From assembly GCA_963665095.1 (NCBI GenBank), contig OY762069.1, forward strand, positions 1,536,001-1,600,000: DNA of 64,000 nucleotides, written 5' to 3'. Position numbers and translations under genes: made by a program. Below, piece after piece: positions 48,342-59,595 of this stretch (the stretch's first letter is position 1; each line of letters starts with the position of its first letter). The notes beneath the pieces were generated by a model. It had not been told where the DNA came from and did no database searches. It was given only the letters and a program-made list of their open reading frames with translations. The DNA is from an uncultured Desulfobacter sp. Its GTDB lineage: Bacteria; Desulfobacterota; Desulfobacteria; Desulfobacterales; Desulfobacteraceae.

Positions 48342-49424
48342 ATGGGAAATAAAATTGGCGTTGTCACCGGAGGTGGTGACTGTCCCGGACTTAATGCCGT
48401 TATCCGTGCCATTGTAAAGGCCGGGGACATGAAGGGATTTACCACCATCGGCATCCGGGGAGGCTTTGACGGACTTTTACCTCCGGTTCAGGCAGATCCT
48501 CTATCCCTAAGGGATATGGACGGACTTCTTATCCGTGGGGGGACCATTCTGGGGACTGCCAACTCCGGTCGGTTTTCATCAAAAACCGGACAGGGAGAAA
48601 CCAGGAAAATTCCTGAAGAAATCATGACTCAGGTCAGACAAAATGCAGAAGCACTGGGTTTGGCCGCTCTTGTGGTGATTGGAGGAGATGGGACCCTGAC
48701 CACTGCACTTCAGATGCATGAATCAGGACTCCCTGTAATCGGGGTTCCAAAGACCATTGACAATGACCTTGACGCCACCCAGCAGACCTTTGGATTTGAT
48801 ACGGCTGTGGCCTGTGCCGTTGATGCCCTTGACCGGTTGCACTCCACAGCCCAGAGCCATAACCGGGTGATGGTCCTCGAGGTCATGGGCAGATATGCCG
48901 GATGGATTGCCGCCTATGCAGGATTAGCAGGCGGTGCTGATGTCATTCTTATTCCTGAAATAAAATTCACCATGGCAGCCATAGAAAAAAAGATTCGTGA
49001 ACGGGAGGCCACAGGCAAATTGTTCACCATTGTTATTGTGGCAGAAGGGGCAAAAATAGATGATAACATGGTGGTAACAAACAATGATAACAAGGATCGT
49101 GAAGTACGGTTAGGAGGTATTGGATACAGGGTTGCATCACAAATTGAGCAGACCACGGGTAAAGAGAGCCGGTGTGTTGTACTGGGTCATCTCCAGCGCG
49201 GGGGGCAGCCAACCCACTGGGACCGGCAGTTATGTACCCGATTCGGGGTCCAAGCTGTGGATATGGCAGCCAGAGGCATTTTTGGCAAAATGGTGGCGCT
49301 CAAACCCAGTGGAATGATGGGGGCAGTTCCTTTAAAAGATGCTGTGAACAGAATTCATTGTGTCGATCCCAAAGGGGAACTGATCATGACAGCCCGGACA
49401 CTGGGGATCTGTTTCGGCGACTGA
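48342..49424 (+). CDS. pfkA: 6-phosphofructokinase (PfkA family)
   Basis: GGDCPGLNA, IGGDGT, PKTIDND, EVMGR, LGHLQRGG. Confidence 0.94.
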   Translation: MGNKIGVVTGGGDCPGLNAVIRAIVKAGDMKGFTTIGIRGGFDGLLPPVQADPLSLRDMDGLLIRGGTILGTANSGRFSSKTGQGETRKIPEEIMTQVRQNAEALGLAALVVIGGDGTLTTALQMHESGLPVIGVPKTIDNDLDATQQTFGFDTAVACAVDALDRLHSTAQSHNRVMVLEVMGRYAGWIAAYAGLAGGADVILIPEIKFTMAAIEKKIREREATGKLFTIVIVAEGAKIDDNMVVTNNDNKDREVRLGGIGYRVASQIEQTTGKESRCVVLGHLQRGGQPTHWDRQLCTRFGVQAVDMAARGIFGKMVALKPSGMMGAVPLKDAVNRIHCVDPKGELIMTARTLGICFGD

Positions 49425-49462
49425 ATCAACCGCTTTAGCTCTCTATTTAAAGGAGGCAAGCC

Positions 49463-50071
49463 ATGTTATTAACTGTAAATCCTCATACCCCCCAGGCCCG
49501 GATCATATCCATGGCAGTGGATATCTTAAAAAAAGGGGGAATCATTGCATACCCCACAGATACCTTTTACGGTATCGGGTGTGATATCATGAACAAGAAG
49601 GCCATTGAAAAAATTTATCTGATCAAACAACGGGCCAAGACCAAGCCGTTCAGCTTTATCTGTCCGGATTTAAAAAACATATCCGAATATGCCAAGGTCT
49701 CCAATATGGCGTACAGGCACATGAAACGACTTCTGCCCGGGCCTTACACCTTTATCCTTCCCGGCTCAAAAATGGTGCCTAAAATAATGCTCACTAAGCG
49801 GAAAACCGCTGGTATCAGAGTGCCGGACAACCAGATCGCCATCTGTCTTGCCCAGGAGTTGGGAAATCCCATCATCTCGACCTCAGCAACAGATCCTGAC
49901 GGGGAGGTGTTTGAAGATGCGTCTTTGCTTGATGACTATTTTGGCACACGGCTGGATGCGGTCCTGGACGGAGGCTCTGTACCCAATACACCATCGTCTG
50001 TCATCTCACTGGTCGACGATGAGATTGAAATCTTAAGGGATGGTGCCGGAGAGGTTGATTTTCTTGAATAG
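49463..50071 (+). CDS. Sua5/YrdC/YciO-family threonylcarbamoyl-AMP synthase
   Basis: YPTDTFYGIGC, LPGPYTFIL, GIRVPD, STSA. Confidence 0.92.
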   Translation: MLLTVNPHTPQARIISMAVDILKKGGIIAYPTDTFYGIGCDIMNKKAIEKIYLIKQRAKTKPFSFICPDLKNISEYAKVSNMAYRHMKRLLPGPYTFILPGSKMVPKIMLTKRKTAGIRVPDNQIAICLAQELGNPIISTSATDPDGEVFEDASLLDDYFGTRLDAVLDGGSVPNTPSSVISLVDDEIEILRDGAGEVDFLE

Positions 50072-50089
50072 ACCCGCTGCCACTGTGCA

Positions 50090-50989
50090 TTAATTAAAAT
50101 TATATTTGAACTGCTCTGATAACCGGCTGCCCCAATTAACATCCTGAATCAGGGTCTCGGCCAGCTTTTTAAACAGGGTCATCTTATCCTGTTTGGGGTA
50201 GACCGGGACCAGTTTTTCCTGAATACCTGCCAGTTGTCCGGCCCACTGAACCGCATCGTCAAGGTTCCCTAACCGGTCGACAAGCTTGAGCTTTAATGCT
50301 GTTTGACCGGTATACACCCTGCCGTCGGCAAGTTTGGCCATGGCAGCGGTTTCTATATTCCGGGCAGATGCTGCATCCGATACAAACTGCGCATGGAGTT
50401 CATCCACAAGACTTTGAAACAGTTGTTTTTCGCTCTCTTTAAGTTCTCTCATGGGAGATCCCATATCTTTAAATTCACCGCTTTTTATTACCACGGGGGA
50501 GATACCGATCTTTTTTGCGATCTCTTCAAGGTTGGCGTATTCCATAATAACCCCGATGGAACCAGTGATCGTACCCTTATTTGCCACAATACCCTGGGCC
50601 GCACACGCGATATAATATCCGCCGGATGCCGCCACAGATCCCATGGAAGTGATCACAGGCTTATCAGTACGTGCCTTGATAAGTTCCCGGTAGATTTCCT
50701 GGGACGGACCAATCCCGCCACCAGGGCTGTCCACTCTTAAAATAATTGCCTTTATGGACTCATCTTCCCTGAATGTTTTAATATCTCTAATAATGTTTTT
50801 CGAAATAAGAATCGGTCCCGTCACCTCCACAATACCAATATTTCCAGAAGAGGAAGAAGACTCATTCAACTGGGTATTGACGGCAAAAGCGCCTAACATG
50901 GCCATACCTGAAATGGCAATTACCATAAAGGCGAAACAGCCGCAGATAATACACAAAAAAAACAGGAAAGGATGACGTCTTGAAAACAT
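50090..50989 (-). CDS. sppA: Signal peptide peptidase SppA
   Basis: VDSPGG, AASGGYY, TGSIGV, DGRVYTG. Confidence 0.94.
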   Translation of the reverse strand: MFSRRHPFLFFLCIICGCFAFMVIAISGMAMLGAFAVNTQLNESSSSSGNIGIVEVTGPILISKNIIRDIKTFREDESIKAIILRVDSPGGGIGPSQEIYRELIKARTDKPVITSMGSVAASGGYYIACAAQGIVANKGTITGSIGVIMEYANLEEIAKKIGISPVVIKSGEFKDMGSPMRELKESEKQLFQSLVDELHAQFVSDAASARNIETAAMAKLADGRVYTGQTALKLKLVDRLGNLDDAVQWAGQLAGIQEKLVPVYPKQDKMTLFKKLAETLIQDVNWGSRLSEQFKYNFN

Positions 50990-51105
50990 AAGAAAGGGAT
51001 CCCTTTAATTTTAAACAATAAAAATAAAAAGGCCGGATGCCTCTATAAAAGGATCAATCCGGCCTTAAAACATATCAGCACAGTATGCTGCCTGTCAGAA
51101 GCACA

Positions 51106-52896
51106 TTATTCGCTTTCTTTTTTCTCCGCTTCCAGTTTCTCCTGAATATTGGTTCTCAGGATCTCTCCAAATGCTGAGGCAGCTGGTTTTGCACTTTTGG
51201 CAATTTCTTCAAGATATCTGTCGTCGTCATCTTCATCCAGACGCTTAATGGACAACCCGATCCGTCTTTCATCAGAATTAATGTTCATCACCTTGGCAGT
51301 AATGGATTCTCCTATCTGATAGTGATCTTTAGGGCTCTTGATATTTTCCTTGCTGATTTCTGACACATGAACAAGGCCTTCAATACCCTCCTCAAGTTCT
51401 ACAAATACGCCGAAATCAGTCAGATTGGTAATCTCTCCGGAAATTTCCTTGCCCACTTCATACCGTTGGGCCACAGTTTCCCAAGGATCCACCTGGGTCT
51501 GTTTGATGCCAAGGGAGAATCTTTCATTGGCTTTGTCAATATCCAGAACAACTGCCTGAATGGTATCGTTCTTCTTGTAAATTTCAGAAGGATGTTTGAT
51601 CCGCTTGGTCCAGGAAATATCAGAGATGTGAACCAGGCCGTCAATGTCGTCATCAATACCGATGAACAGACCAAACTCTGTAATATTTTTAATTTTGCCT
51701 TCGATAATTGTCCCCACAGGGTATTTTTGGGAAATAACTTCCCAGGGATTTTCAACTGTCTGTTTGATACCCAGGGAAATCCTGCGGTTGTCGGGCTTGA
51801 TATCCAGCACAACCGCCTCAACCTGCTCACCCACAGCTACCATCTGGGATGGATGCCGGATCTTACGGGTCCAGGACATTTCAGATACATGAATAAGCCC
51901 TTCAACACCCTCTTCCAGCTCAATGAACGCACCGTAGTCTGTCAGGCTGACAACGCGGCCTTCAACTTTGGAGTTGACAGGATATTTTTCTGAAGCTGTG
52001 GTCCAGGGGTCAGGTGTCAGCTGCTTCATACCCAAGGATACGCGCTCCTTCTCAAAATCAAATGAGAGGATTTTCACATTGATCTGATCACCTACTGAAA
52101 AGAGTTCAGACGGGTGTTTAACCCGGCCCCAGGAGATATCAGTAATATGCAGAAGTCCGTCCACACCGCCAAGATCAACAAACACACCGTATTCGGTAAT
52201 ATTTTTAACAATACCTTCCATAACCTTGTCATTTTCAATGGCAGACAGGGTGGCAGACCGCATTTTCTCTCTTTCGGTTTCAAGTAGCACTCTGCGGGAC
52301 AGGACGATATTATTTCTTTTCTTGTTGTACTTGAGAATTTTAAAGGTATATGTCTGACCGACCATTTCATCCATATTGCGGATTGGGCGAAGGTCTGCCT
52401 GGCTTCCGGGAAGGAAGGCCTGCAGTCCGATGTCAACGGAGAATCCGCCTTTAACCCGGCTGGTGATCACACCTTCAATGGTGCCGTCATCATCATAGAT
52501 ATCTTTGATGGCATCCCAGACTTTTACCTTTTTGGCTTTGTCGCGGGACAGAAGAACCGTTTCTTCCTCTTCGTCCCAGACTTCAATCATAACCTCAAAC
52601 TCGTCGCCGACTTTGACGTTGACATTGCCGTCCTCACCAATGAATTCCTGAATAGAGATCTGTCCTTCTGATTTGTATCCCACATCCACAAGGACGGTTT
52701 CCCTGCCGACGGCGATCACAGTTCCGGTGACAACCTGTCCCTCTTCAAATTTACTGAGGCTGGACTCGTAAATATCCAGCAGTTCTTCCATGGTTTCTTC
52801 TCCGGTGAGCACAATTTCAGGCTCTTCCACCGCATTTTTAGTCTCTAATTCTTGATTCATGTTTTGGTTTTCGTTTTCTTCAGCAATGTTGTTCAT
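51106..52896 (-). CDS. rpsA: 30S ribosomal protein S1
   Basis: Six S1 repeats. Confidence 0.98.
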   Translation of the reverse strand: MNNIAEENENQNMNQELETKNAVEEPEIVLTGEETMEELLDIYESSLSKFEEGQVVTGTVIAVGRETVLVDVGYKSEGQISIQEFIGEDGNVNVKVGDEFEVMIEVWDEEEETVLLSRDKAKKVKVWDAIKDIYDDDGTIEGVITSRVKGGFSVDIGLQAFLPGSQADLRPIRNMDEMVGQTYTFKILKYNKKRNNIVLSRRVLLETEREKMRSATLSAIENDKVMEGIVKNITEYGVFVDLGGVDGLLHITDISWGRVKHPSELFSVGDQINVKILSFDFEKERVSLGMKQLTPDPWTTASEKYPVNSKVEGRVVSLTDYGAFIELEEGVEGLIHVSEMSWTRKIRHPSQMVAVGEQVEAVVLDIKPDNRRISLGIKQTVENPWEVISQKYPVGTIIEGKIKNITEFGLFIGIDDDIDGLVHISDISWTKRIKHPSEIYKKNDTIQAVVLDIDKANERFSLGIKQTQVDPWETVAQRYEVGKEISGEITNLTDFGVFVELEEGIEGLVHVSEISKENIKSPKDHYQIGESITAKVMNINSDERRIGLSIKRLDEDDDDRYLEEIAKSAKPAASAFGEILRTNIQEKLEAEKKESE

Positions 52897-53044
52897 TAAT
52901 ATTAGTCCCCCTAATCGATGATGTTACCAGCCTTATGGATATTGAAGAAAAGATCGCAAAGGCTGGTACAATTGGTCCTTATATCAATGAGGAGAAGAAA
53001 AATCAAGGAATTTAGAAAAAGAAAATCAAAGAATTACAAAAAAT

Positions 53045-53704
53045 TTAAGCGGTTTCAATCACTGATTTCATTTTATCAACAACCTGTGAAGGACTTAAAC
53101 AGGTCACATCAATTATAATAGCATCCTCAGCCGGTTTTAAGGGGGATACCGCCCTTTGGGAATCGTCTGAATCCCGCTTTTTCATATCTTCAAGGATTTT
53201 CTCAAAGGGTATTTCCCCTGAATTTATTTCTTTAAATCGCCTTTTTGCACGGACCTGAACATCTGCTGTCAAAAAAAACTTAAAAGGGGCATGGGGAAAT
53301 ACAGCCGTCCCCATATCCCGACCTTCAAAAACAGCGTCCTGTTCCTGTGCTATGGATTTCTGAATGGTTAAAAGAGCCTGTCGGACCATGGGAGATGCAG
53401 ATGTGGCCGAGGCCAGCATACTGATATCATTGGTCCGGATAAATGCACTGATATCTCTACCCGCAGAGAGCAACACAGGATCCCGGCCGTCCCTGGAAAA
53501 TCTCAGATCCAACGTTCCGAGAAACAAACCAAGTGCCTTATCATCTTTCCAGTCAATGGCCTGACAGGCTATTTCATACGCTACCCCCCGGTACAGGGCT
53601 CCGGTGTCCACATAAACACAGCCAAGTTCCTGTGCAAGTGCCTTGGAAACGGTTGTCTTACCGGCCCCGGCCGGACCGTCAATTGTTATTATGCGCCAGC
53701 TCAT
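53045..53704 (-). CDS. cmk: Cytidylate kinase
   Basis: IDGPAGAGKTT, DTGALYR, EGRDMGT. Confidence 0.96.
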   Translation of the reverse strand: MSWRIITIDGPAGAGKTTVSKALAQELGCVYVDTGALYRGVAYEIACQAIDWKDDKALGLFLGTLDLRFSRDGRDPVLLSAGRDISAFIRTNDISMLASATSASPMVRQALLTIQKSIAQEQDAVFEGRDMGTAVFPHAPFKFFLTADVQVRAKRRFKEINSGEIPFEKILEDMKKRDSDDSQRAVSPLKPAEDAIIIDVTCLSPSQVVDKMKSVIETA

Positions 53705-53727
53705 ACAATTTTCCTTTGCGCTGTTGA

Positions 53728-54816
53728 TCACTTTATTACGCTGACAAGGGCATCTACACATTTTTGATTTTCTGTGGCTGTGCCCGTGTTGATCCGCAAA
53801 AAAGTATCAAATCCATAGGATGCCAGGGACCGGACCACAACGCCTTTATACAATAGTTTTTTACTGATCTCAGAAGCGTTGGACCCCACATTAACCATCA
53901 GAAAATTGGCCTGAGTCGGCAGTACCTCAAAACCGGCATTTGACAGTTCCCGGGTCAAAAAATCGATCCCTTCATGAATGCCTTTGACGGTTTCGTTTAA
54001 AAACACGCTATCTTCAAGCGCAGCCTGAGCTGCCGCCTGGGCCAGGGTATTTACGTTAAAGGGCTGCCGTATCCGGTTTAATATTTCGGCAATCTGCCTG
54101 TCCATAATCCCGTATCCGACACGGTAACCGGCCAGGCCGTATGCCTTTGAAAATGTTCTGATGGTCACGATCCGCGGATCTGCCAGCGGGGTCTCAAGGG
54201 AATTATACACAGAATCATCACGGACAAATTCAATGTACGCTTCATCAACAACAATAAGAATATTGTCAGGCAGCTGATCTGCAAAGCGTTGAAATGCATC
54301 TTTTGTGATTACGGCACCGGTGGGATTGAATGGATTGGTGATAAACACCAGTTTTGTTTCAGGAGTGACCGCTGTCACAAGCCCATCAAGATTGGTGGAA
54401 TAATCAACCAGAGGCACCATAACCGGCACCCCTTTGGCAGTTTTAACACTGATCTCGTACATAAGAAATGACGGCAGGGGCATAACAGCCTGCTGTCCGG
54501 GATCAAGAAAGCCGTGGGCCAGCAAGGCAATGATATCATCTGAACCATTGCCAATAACCAGGTTGTCCATATCAATATGATATTTTTGTGCCAGTTTTTC
54601 ACATAAAGAAAAAGGGACAGGATCGGGATACCGGTTCATCAAAGATAGGTTTGACTGTACAGCCTCATCCACTTTAGGAGAACACCCAAAAGGATTTTCA
54701 TTGGAAGCAAGCTTAACTGCATTGGATATGCCGTACTCCCGTTCCACTTCGCTTAATGGCTTGCCTGCTTCATAGGGCTTTATGGTCTTGACGGACTCAC
54801 TGGTGTTAATCAGCAT
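53728..54816 (-). CDS. hisC: Histidinol-phosphate aminotransferase
   Basis: KLASNENP, GNGSD, DEAYIEF, RTFSKAYGLAGYRVGY. Confidence 0.95.
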   Translation of the reverse strand: MLINTSESVKTIKPYEAGKPLSEVEREYGISNAVKLASNENPFGCSPKVDEAVQSNLSLMNRYPDPVPFSLCEKLAQKYHIDMDNLVIGNGSDDIIALLAHGFLDPGQQAVMPLPSFLMYEISVKTAKGVPVMVPLVDYSTNLDGLVTAVTPETKLVFITNPFNPTGAVITKDAFQRFADQLPDNILIVVDEAYIEFVRDDSVYNSLETPLADPRIVTIRTFSKAYGLAGYRVGYGIMDRQIAEILNRIRQPFNVNTLAQAAAQAALEDSVFLNETVKGIHEGIDFLTRELSNAGFEVLPTQANFLMVNVGSNASEISKKLLYKGVVVRSLASYGFDTFLRINTGTATENQKCVDALVSVIK

Positions 54817-55078
54817 GAAAAATATACTCCATTGGCTTTGTTCTTGTTGGATCTTCTTCATGGAACTTTTTATATCGTCCGGATAATATAAATTCCATAG
54901 AAGGTACAATTAATTAGTTAGGATTTAAATTTTTGTCAACACCTGTGAGACAGCCTAAAACTTTGTTACTATGCAGTTTAAGGTTCTAACTGTTTTCCCA
55001 GGAGTCAGGATCTTTGACATAATAGATAAAAACAGATCTCAAAACAGCATTTTTCAAAATTTAAGGATAAGATAGTTT

Positions 55079-56263
55079 ATGAACAAGACTGGCCCACAGG
55101 TGAAAACAGGACTTGACATGCTAATAAATAATCCGCCTGAAAACTTAAAGGGGCAACGCATAGGCCTTTTGGCAAACCCCGCTTCTGTGGCAGAAGGGTT
55201 TATTCATGCCAGAGACGTTTTAAATCAATTGTATCCCGGACAGCTTACGGCCCTTTATTCCCCCCAGCACGGTTTTTTTGCCGAAAAACAGGATAATATG
55301 ATAGAGTCTGGACACTTCTCAGACCCTGATCTTGATATACCGGTTTTCAGTCTTTACAGTGAAACCCGAATCCCGACACCAGACATGTTTGACCCCATCG
55401 ACACCCTGGTTATTGATATCCAGGATGTGGGCACCCGGGTGTATACCTTTATTTATACTATCTCGTACTGCCTTGAGGTGGCAGCGGATCTTGGAAAAGC
55501 CATTGTCATTCTTGACCGGCCCAACCCCATTGGCGGAACCCAGATAGAAGGCAATATCCTTGAAAGCGAGTACAGATCTTTTGTGGGGCGCTTTCCCATC
55601 CCCATGCGCCACGGCATGACAGTGGGAGAGTTATCCGTATTCATCAACCAGACCCGGGAAATCGACTGCAACCTCACTGTTATTCCAATGAAAGAGTGGC
55701 GCAGAAAAATGTACTGGACAGACACCAATCTGGTATGGATACCCCCTTCACCGAATCTGCCCACCCCGTTTTCTGCCATGGTATACCCCGGGCAGGTTAT
55801 TTTTGAAGGTACAAATATCTCAGAAGGGAGAGGGACCACCCTGCCCTTTGAACAGTTCGGAGCCCCTTTTATCGATGTGAGCAATTTAAAACGCCGTGTT
55901 GCAGAACGAATCAAAGGAGCTGTCCTGCGGCCGGTATGTTTTGAGCCGACATCAGGTAAATGGTGCAATCAAGTCTGCAATGGATTTCATATTCATGTTA
56001 TTGACAAGGATCTTTATAAGCCCTATCTGGCATCGCTGATTCTGATGCAGGAAATTGCCCGGGCCCACCCCGATGCGTTTGCATTTAAATCACCACCCTA
56101 TGAATATGAATACGAACGTATGCCCATGGATCTAATCTTAGGTAGCCGGACATTAAGAGAAAACATTGCTGCCATGAAAAAACCGGAATTTCTGGAACAT
56201 GAATGGCAAAACCCATTGAAGGAATTTAAGGAGACGGCCAGAGAATTTTATCTGTATGCCTGA
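55079..56263 (+). CDS. namZ: Exo-beta-N-acetylmuramidase NamZ (DUF1343)
   Basis: PQHG, DIQDVGTRVYTFIYT, LDRPNP, RHGMTVGEL, SEGRGTT. Confidence 0.9.
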   Translation: MNKTGPQVKTGLDMLINNPPENLKGQRIGLLANPASVAEGFIHARDVLNQLYPGQLTALYSPQHGFFAEKQDNMIESGHFSDPDLDIPVFSLYSETRIPTPDMFDPIDTLVIDIQDVGTRVYTFIYTISYCLEVAADLGKAIVILDRPNPIGGTQIEGNILESEYRSFVGRFPIPMRHGMTVGELSVFINQTREIDCNLTVIPMKEWRRKMYWTDTNLVWIPPSPNLPTPFSAMVYPGQVIFEGTNISEGRGTTLPFEQFGAPFIDVSNLKRRVAERIKGAVLRPVCFEPTSGKWCNQVCNGFHIHVIDKDLYKPYLASLILMQEIARAHPDAFAFKSPPYEYEYERMPMDLILGSRTLRENIAAMKKPEFLEHEWQNPLKEFKETAREFYLYA

Positions 56264-56289
56264 TCAACCTGGTACAAAAGTGCTCAAAT

Positions 56290-56323
56290 AAAAAAACCGT
56301 GGCTATCTGCCACGGTTTTTTTT
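56290..56323. terminator. Bidirectional rho-independent terminator
   Basis: A-run-CCGTGGC-TATCT-GCCACGG-T-run between convergent genes. Confidence 0.85.
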
Positions 56324-56365
56324 AAATTATCTCAAAAACCGGTAAATCCGGAAAATGATCCGAAT

Positions 56366-56629
56366 TTACTTGCTGCTTTTCAATTCAGCCAGTTCTTTTT
56401 CAAGCTCAGCGATTTTAGACTTGTCATCATCAGCAGGAGCATCAACACCGTCATCGTTCTTCCAGGAGTCTTTCAACTCGTCAAACCCAAGGTAAAGAGC
56501 AAGGCCACCGCCGAGCAGAAGCACAGGGGGGATACATCCGCACAGAAGATTTACGAATTCACCAAACCAAACAGCTAAACCAACAACACCGAGAAGAACT
56601 GCAATAGCTCCGCCAATTAACGTTTTCAT
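56366..56629 (-). CDS. Small membrane protein with coiled-coil tail
   Basis: AAGGAGGA RBS; two TM segments. Confidence 0.8.
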   Translation of the reverse strand: MKTLIGGAIAVLLGVVGLAVWFGEFVNLLCGCIPPVLLLGGGLALYLGFDELKDSWKNDDGVDAPADDDKSKIAELEKELAELKSSK

Positions 56630-56943
56630 AGGTTGTCCTCCTTAAATTCCCATCTTACATTTAATAGGTGATACATACTCGTTTAAGAATGCTTATTTCA
56701 ATAGATGAGGAAAAATATCACAGGCCCCTGATTTTATCAAGGCGTTTTTGGTCTTAAATCAATAGCAATAGAAAGCTTTTTATTTCAAGCAGTTAACGAA
56801 ACACATCCCCCCTTTCCCAACCTTTTTATCAAAAATTATCATATTGCCATGTCAATCAAGCTCTGGTATTGATTTAACCCGAAAAGCGGTTGAAAAAACG
56901 GCCGGACGCTTCCGGACTCCGATGGAAATAAAGGAACCTCCCC

Positions 56944-59589
56944 ATGAGTTTGTTTACACCGATTGAAAATATATTCGCAACCACCCGGGTAAAAATACGC
57001 AAATCCGTCAACTACCTTCTCAATGATACCCAGGATTATTATTCAAACTATTATCCAGGCACCCAAAGTTTTATTGTAAAAAAAATCCTAAACCGGCTCG
57101 TAAAAAAAATATGCATTGATGACCATACCCTCGAAAGAATAAAAACCATTCCTGAAGACGCTGTGGTTATATTTGCATGTAAAAATAAGCATATTTTTGA
57201 CTTTCTATATTTTAACACCCTGTTTAAGCCTCTGGGCTATCCTTTCCCGGAACTTGGGTTTGATGTAAAATTCTTTTTTCTTCAACCGATAAAACAGCTT
57301 GGCCGTATCATGATTGCCCAGCTGGACCATTACTTACATCATTTCGGTTTCAAAGATATCTACTCATCCGGATATGCAAAAAAAATGCTTCTGGACAACC
57401 GGGCCGGTTTTTTAACACTGATTGAGGAGGACCAGTTTTACGACCGGTTTATAAAATCCACACCTGATCCTTTGTTCCACCTGATCGAACTGCAGAATCA
57501 GATTGACCGGCCTGTGGTCATCTTGCCCGAGGACATCATTTACATTACAAAGCCCATGCATAAAAACCCAAGCCTTGCTGATATTCTTTTCGGCACCCAT
57601 GAAAAGCCCGGGCGAATCAAGCGGATTATCACCATGCTGCGCCACCCTGAAAAAATCCGTGTGGAAGTGGCCCGGCCTGTGAACCTGAAAAAATTTCTGG
57701 CGCAACCTGAAATCCAGCGACTGGATTCGGAATTTCAAACCCACCGGCTCAGAAGCCATATCGTGGATGTATTAAACAGACAGCGTAAAAGCATCACAGG
57801 ACCCGTTCTTAAGTCAAGACATGAAATAACTGAGGATATATTAAACAGGAAGAATCTCAGGGAATTTTTAGCTTCCTATGCCGATCAGACAAATACCCCC
57901 TTACGCAAAGTAAATAAAAAGGCTGCCGGTTACATCCAGGAAATTGCCGCCAACTATAACCTACGGGTGATCAATTTTTTAAACTGGCTTTTAACATGGG
58001 TTTTCAAAAATATTTTTGAAGGTGTTTCTGTCTCACAGGAAGAGATCAACATGCTGCGTGACACCTATACCAAAGCGCCGCTGATTCTGATTCCCTGTCA
58101 TAAAAGCCATCTGGATTACCTGCTTTTACCCTATGTCATGTTCAGGAATAATATGCCCTGCCCCCACATTGCGGCAGGCAAAAATCTCTCCTTCTGGCCC
58201 CTTGGCCCCATATTCCGGGGTGGCGGTGCTTTTTTCCTGCGGCGCACATTCAAAGGGGCTGAGCTTTACGCCCGCATGTTTGCCGCCTATATTGAAAAGC
58301 TTCTTTATGAAGGCTTCAATATTAAGATTTACATCGAAGGTGGCAGAAGCCGTACCGGCAAACTGCTTCCTCCAAAAACAGGCGGGCTTTCAATGATCAT
58401 CCGCGCCTTTTTAAACGGGGCCTGTGAAAATCTATATTTTGTCCCCATTTATGTGGGATATGACAGGGTTCTGGAAGAAGACGCCTACCTCAAGGAAATT
58501 GAAGGCGGGAAAAAAACGCCGGAAAACCTTAAAGGTCTTTTAAATACCCGGAAATTTTTAAAACGAAAATATGGGAAGGTCTATCTTAAATTTGATGACC
58601 CTATTTCCATAAACGACTATATGGCTGAAAAAGGGGTGGATCTGCACCGGGCCTCCCAGGGCGAGTTCATGGATTTTGTCAAACGGTTCGGCTACAAGCT
58701 GATTAATTCCATCAATGACAACACTGTGGCAACCCCCCACGGCATCATTGCATCCGCCATCCTTAACTGTTCTGAGAGCACTTTTACAAAGGAGCAGATG
58801 TTTTCCCGGGTGACAACATACATGAACCATCTGGCCTTTCATGGATCTTACCTGTCCGACACCCTGATTCTTGACCAGGACAATGCCTTTGATTCTGTAA
58901 TTGAGAACTTTCTGTCACGAAATTTCATAGAGCTGGCAGATGAAGATGAAGATGACATTACAGACACCACCATGCTCATTGTCAAACATAACAAAAGGCC
59001 TGTTCTGGACTACTATAAAAATTCCGTTATCTGTTTTTTTGTCTCTGCCGCGTATACGGCCACGGCAATCATAGAAACAGACCGGTTTACATTTGAAATG
59101 GAGGAACTGGTAACTCGGTATAAATTCCTGCAAACCATGTTTACAGATGAATTTTCATTTAACGAAGAAATCACAACTGAAGCACAGATTTCAAAAACGC
59201 TCAAAGGGTTTATCAATGAAGGCATCCTGGTGCCGAATGCTGAATACCCTGATATGCTCGATGTAACAAGCGAAGGGTTAAGAAAACTGAAATGCTTTGC
59301 AGCGTTCCTGATTCCATTTTTCGAGTCCTATATGACCTGTCTGGTCTTCCTGGAAAAGGAAAAAACTGACAAGTATGATGTCAAAGAGCGCACCAAAAAG
59401 CTTTTGTCCTTTGGTTCCAAACTGTACAAGCGCAATCAGGTGGTCAGAAAAGAGTCGTTATCCCTGATCAACTACCGCAATGCCGTGAATTATTTTGCCA
59501 GAAATGACATCAACGGTTCAGCAGACCAGGAGCGGATAGATGAATATAAAGAAATTATTGACCGGCTTTCCCGGCGGATTTCAGGCTGA
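56944..59589 (+). CDS. plsB: Glycerol-3-phosphate acyltransferase (PlsB-like)
   Basis: HKSHLD, AFFLRR, IEGGRSRTGK. Confidence 0.88.
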   Translation: MSLFTPIENIFATTRVKIRKSVNYLLNDTQDYYSNYYPGTQSFIVKKILNRLVKKICIDDHTLERIKTIPEDAVVIFACKNKHIFDFLYFNTLFKPLGYPFPELGFDVKFFFLQPIKQLGRIMIAQLDHYLHHFGFKDIYSSGYAKKMLLDNRAGFLTLIEEDQFYDRFIKSTPDPLFHLIELQNQIDRPVVILPEDIIYITKPMHKNPSLADILFGTHEKPGRIKRIITMLRHPEKIRVEVARPVNLKKFLAQPEIQRLDSEFQTHRLRSHIVDVLNRQRKSITGPVLKSRHEITEDILNRKNLREFLASYADQTNTPLRKVNKKAAGYIQEIAANYNLRVINFLNWLLTWVFKNIFEGVSVSQEEINMLRDTYTKAPLILIPCHKSHLDYLLLPYVMFRNNMPCPHIAAGKNLSFWPLGPIFRGGGAFFLRRTFKGAELYARMFAAYIEKLLYEGFNIKIYIEGGRSRTGKLLPPKTGGLSMIIRAFLNGACENLYFVPIYVGYDRVLEEDAYLKEIEGGKKTPENLKGLLNTRKFLKRKYGKVYLKFDDPISINDYMAEKGVDLHRASQGEFMDFVKRFGYKLINSINDNTVATPHGIIASAILNCSESTFTKEQMFSRVTTYMNHLAFHGSYLSDTLILDQDNAFDSVIENFLSRNFIELADEDEDDITDTTMLIVKHNKRPVLDYYKNSVICFFVSAAYTATAIIETDRFTFEMEELVTRYKFLQTMFTDEFSFNEEITTEAQISKTLKGFINEGILVPNAEYPDMLDVTSEGLRKLKCFAAFLIPFFESYMTCLVFLEKEKTDKYDVKERTKKLLSFGSKLYKRNQVVRKESLSLINYRNAVNYFARNDINGSADQERIDEYKEIIDRLSRRISG

Positions 59590-59595
59590 TATTTT

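Noticed and set aside
51367..52300. Internal repeats in rpsA
   Set aside because: Expected S1 domain repeats
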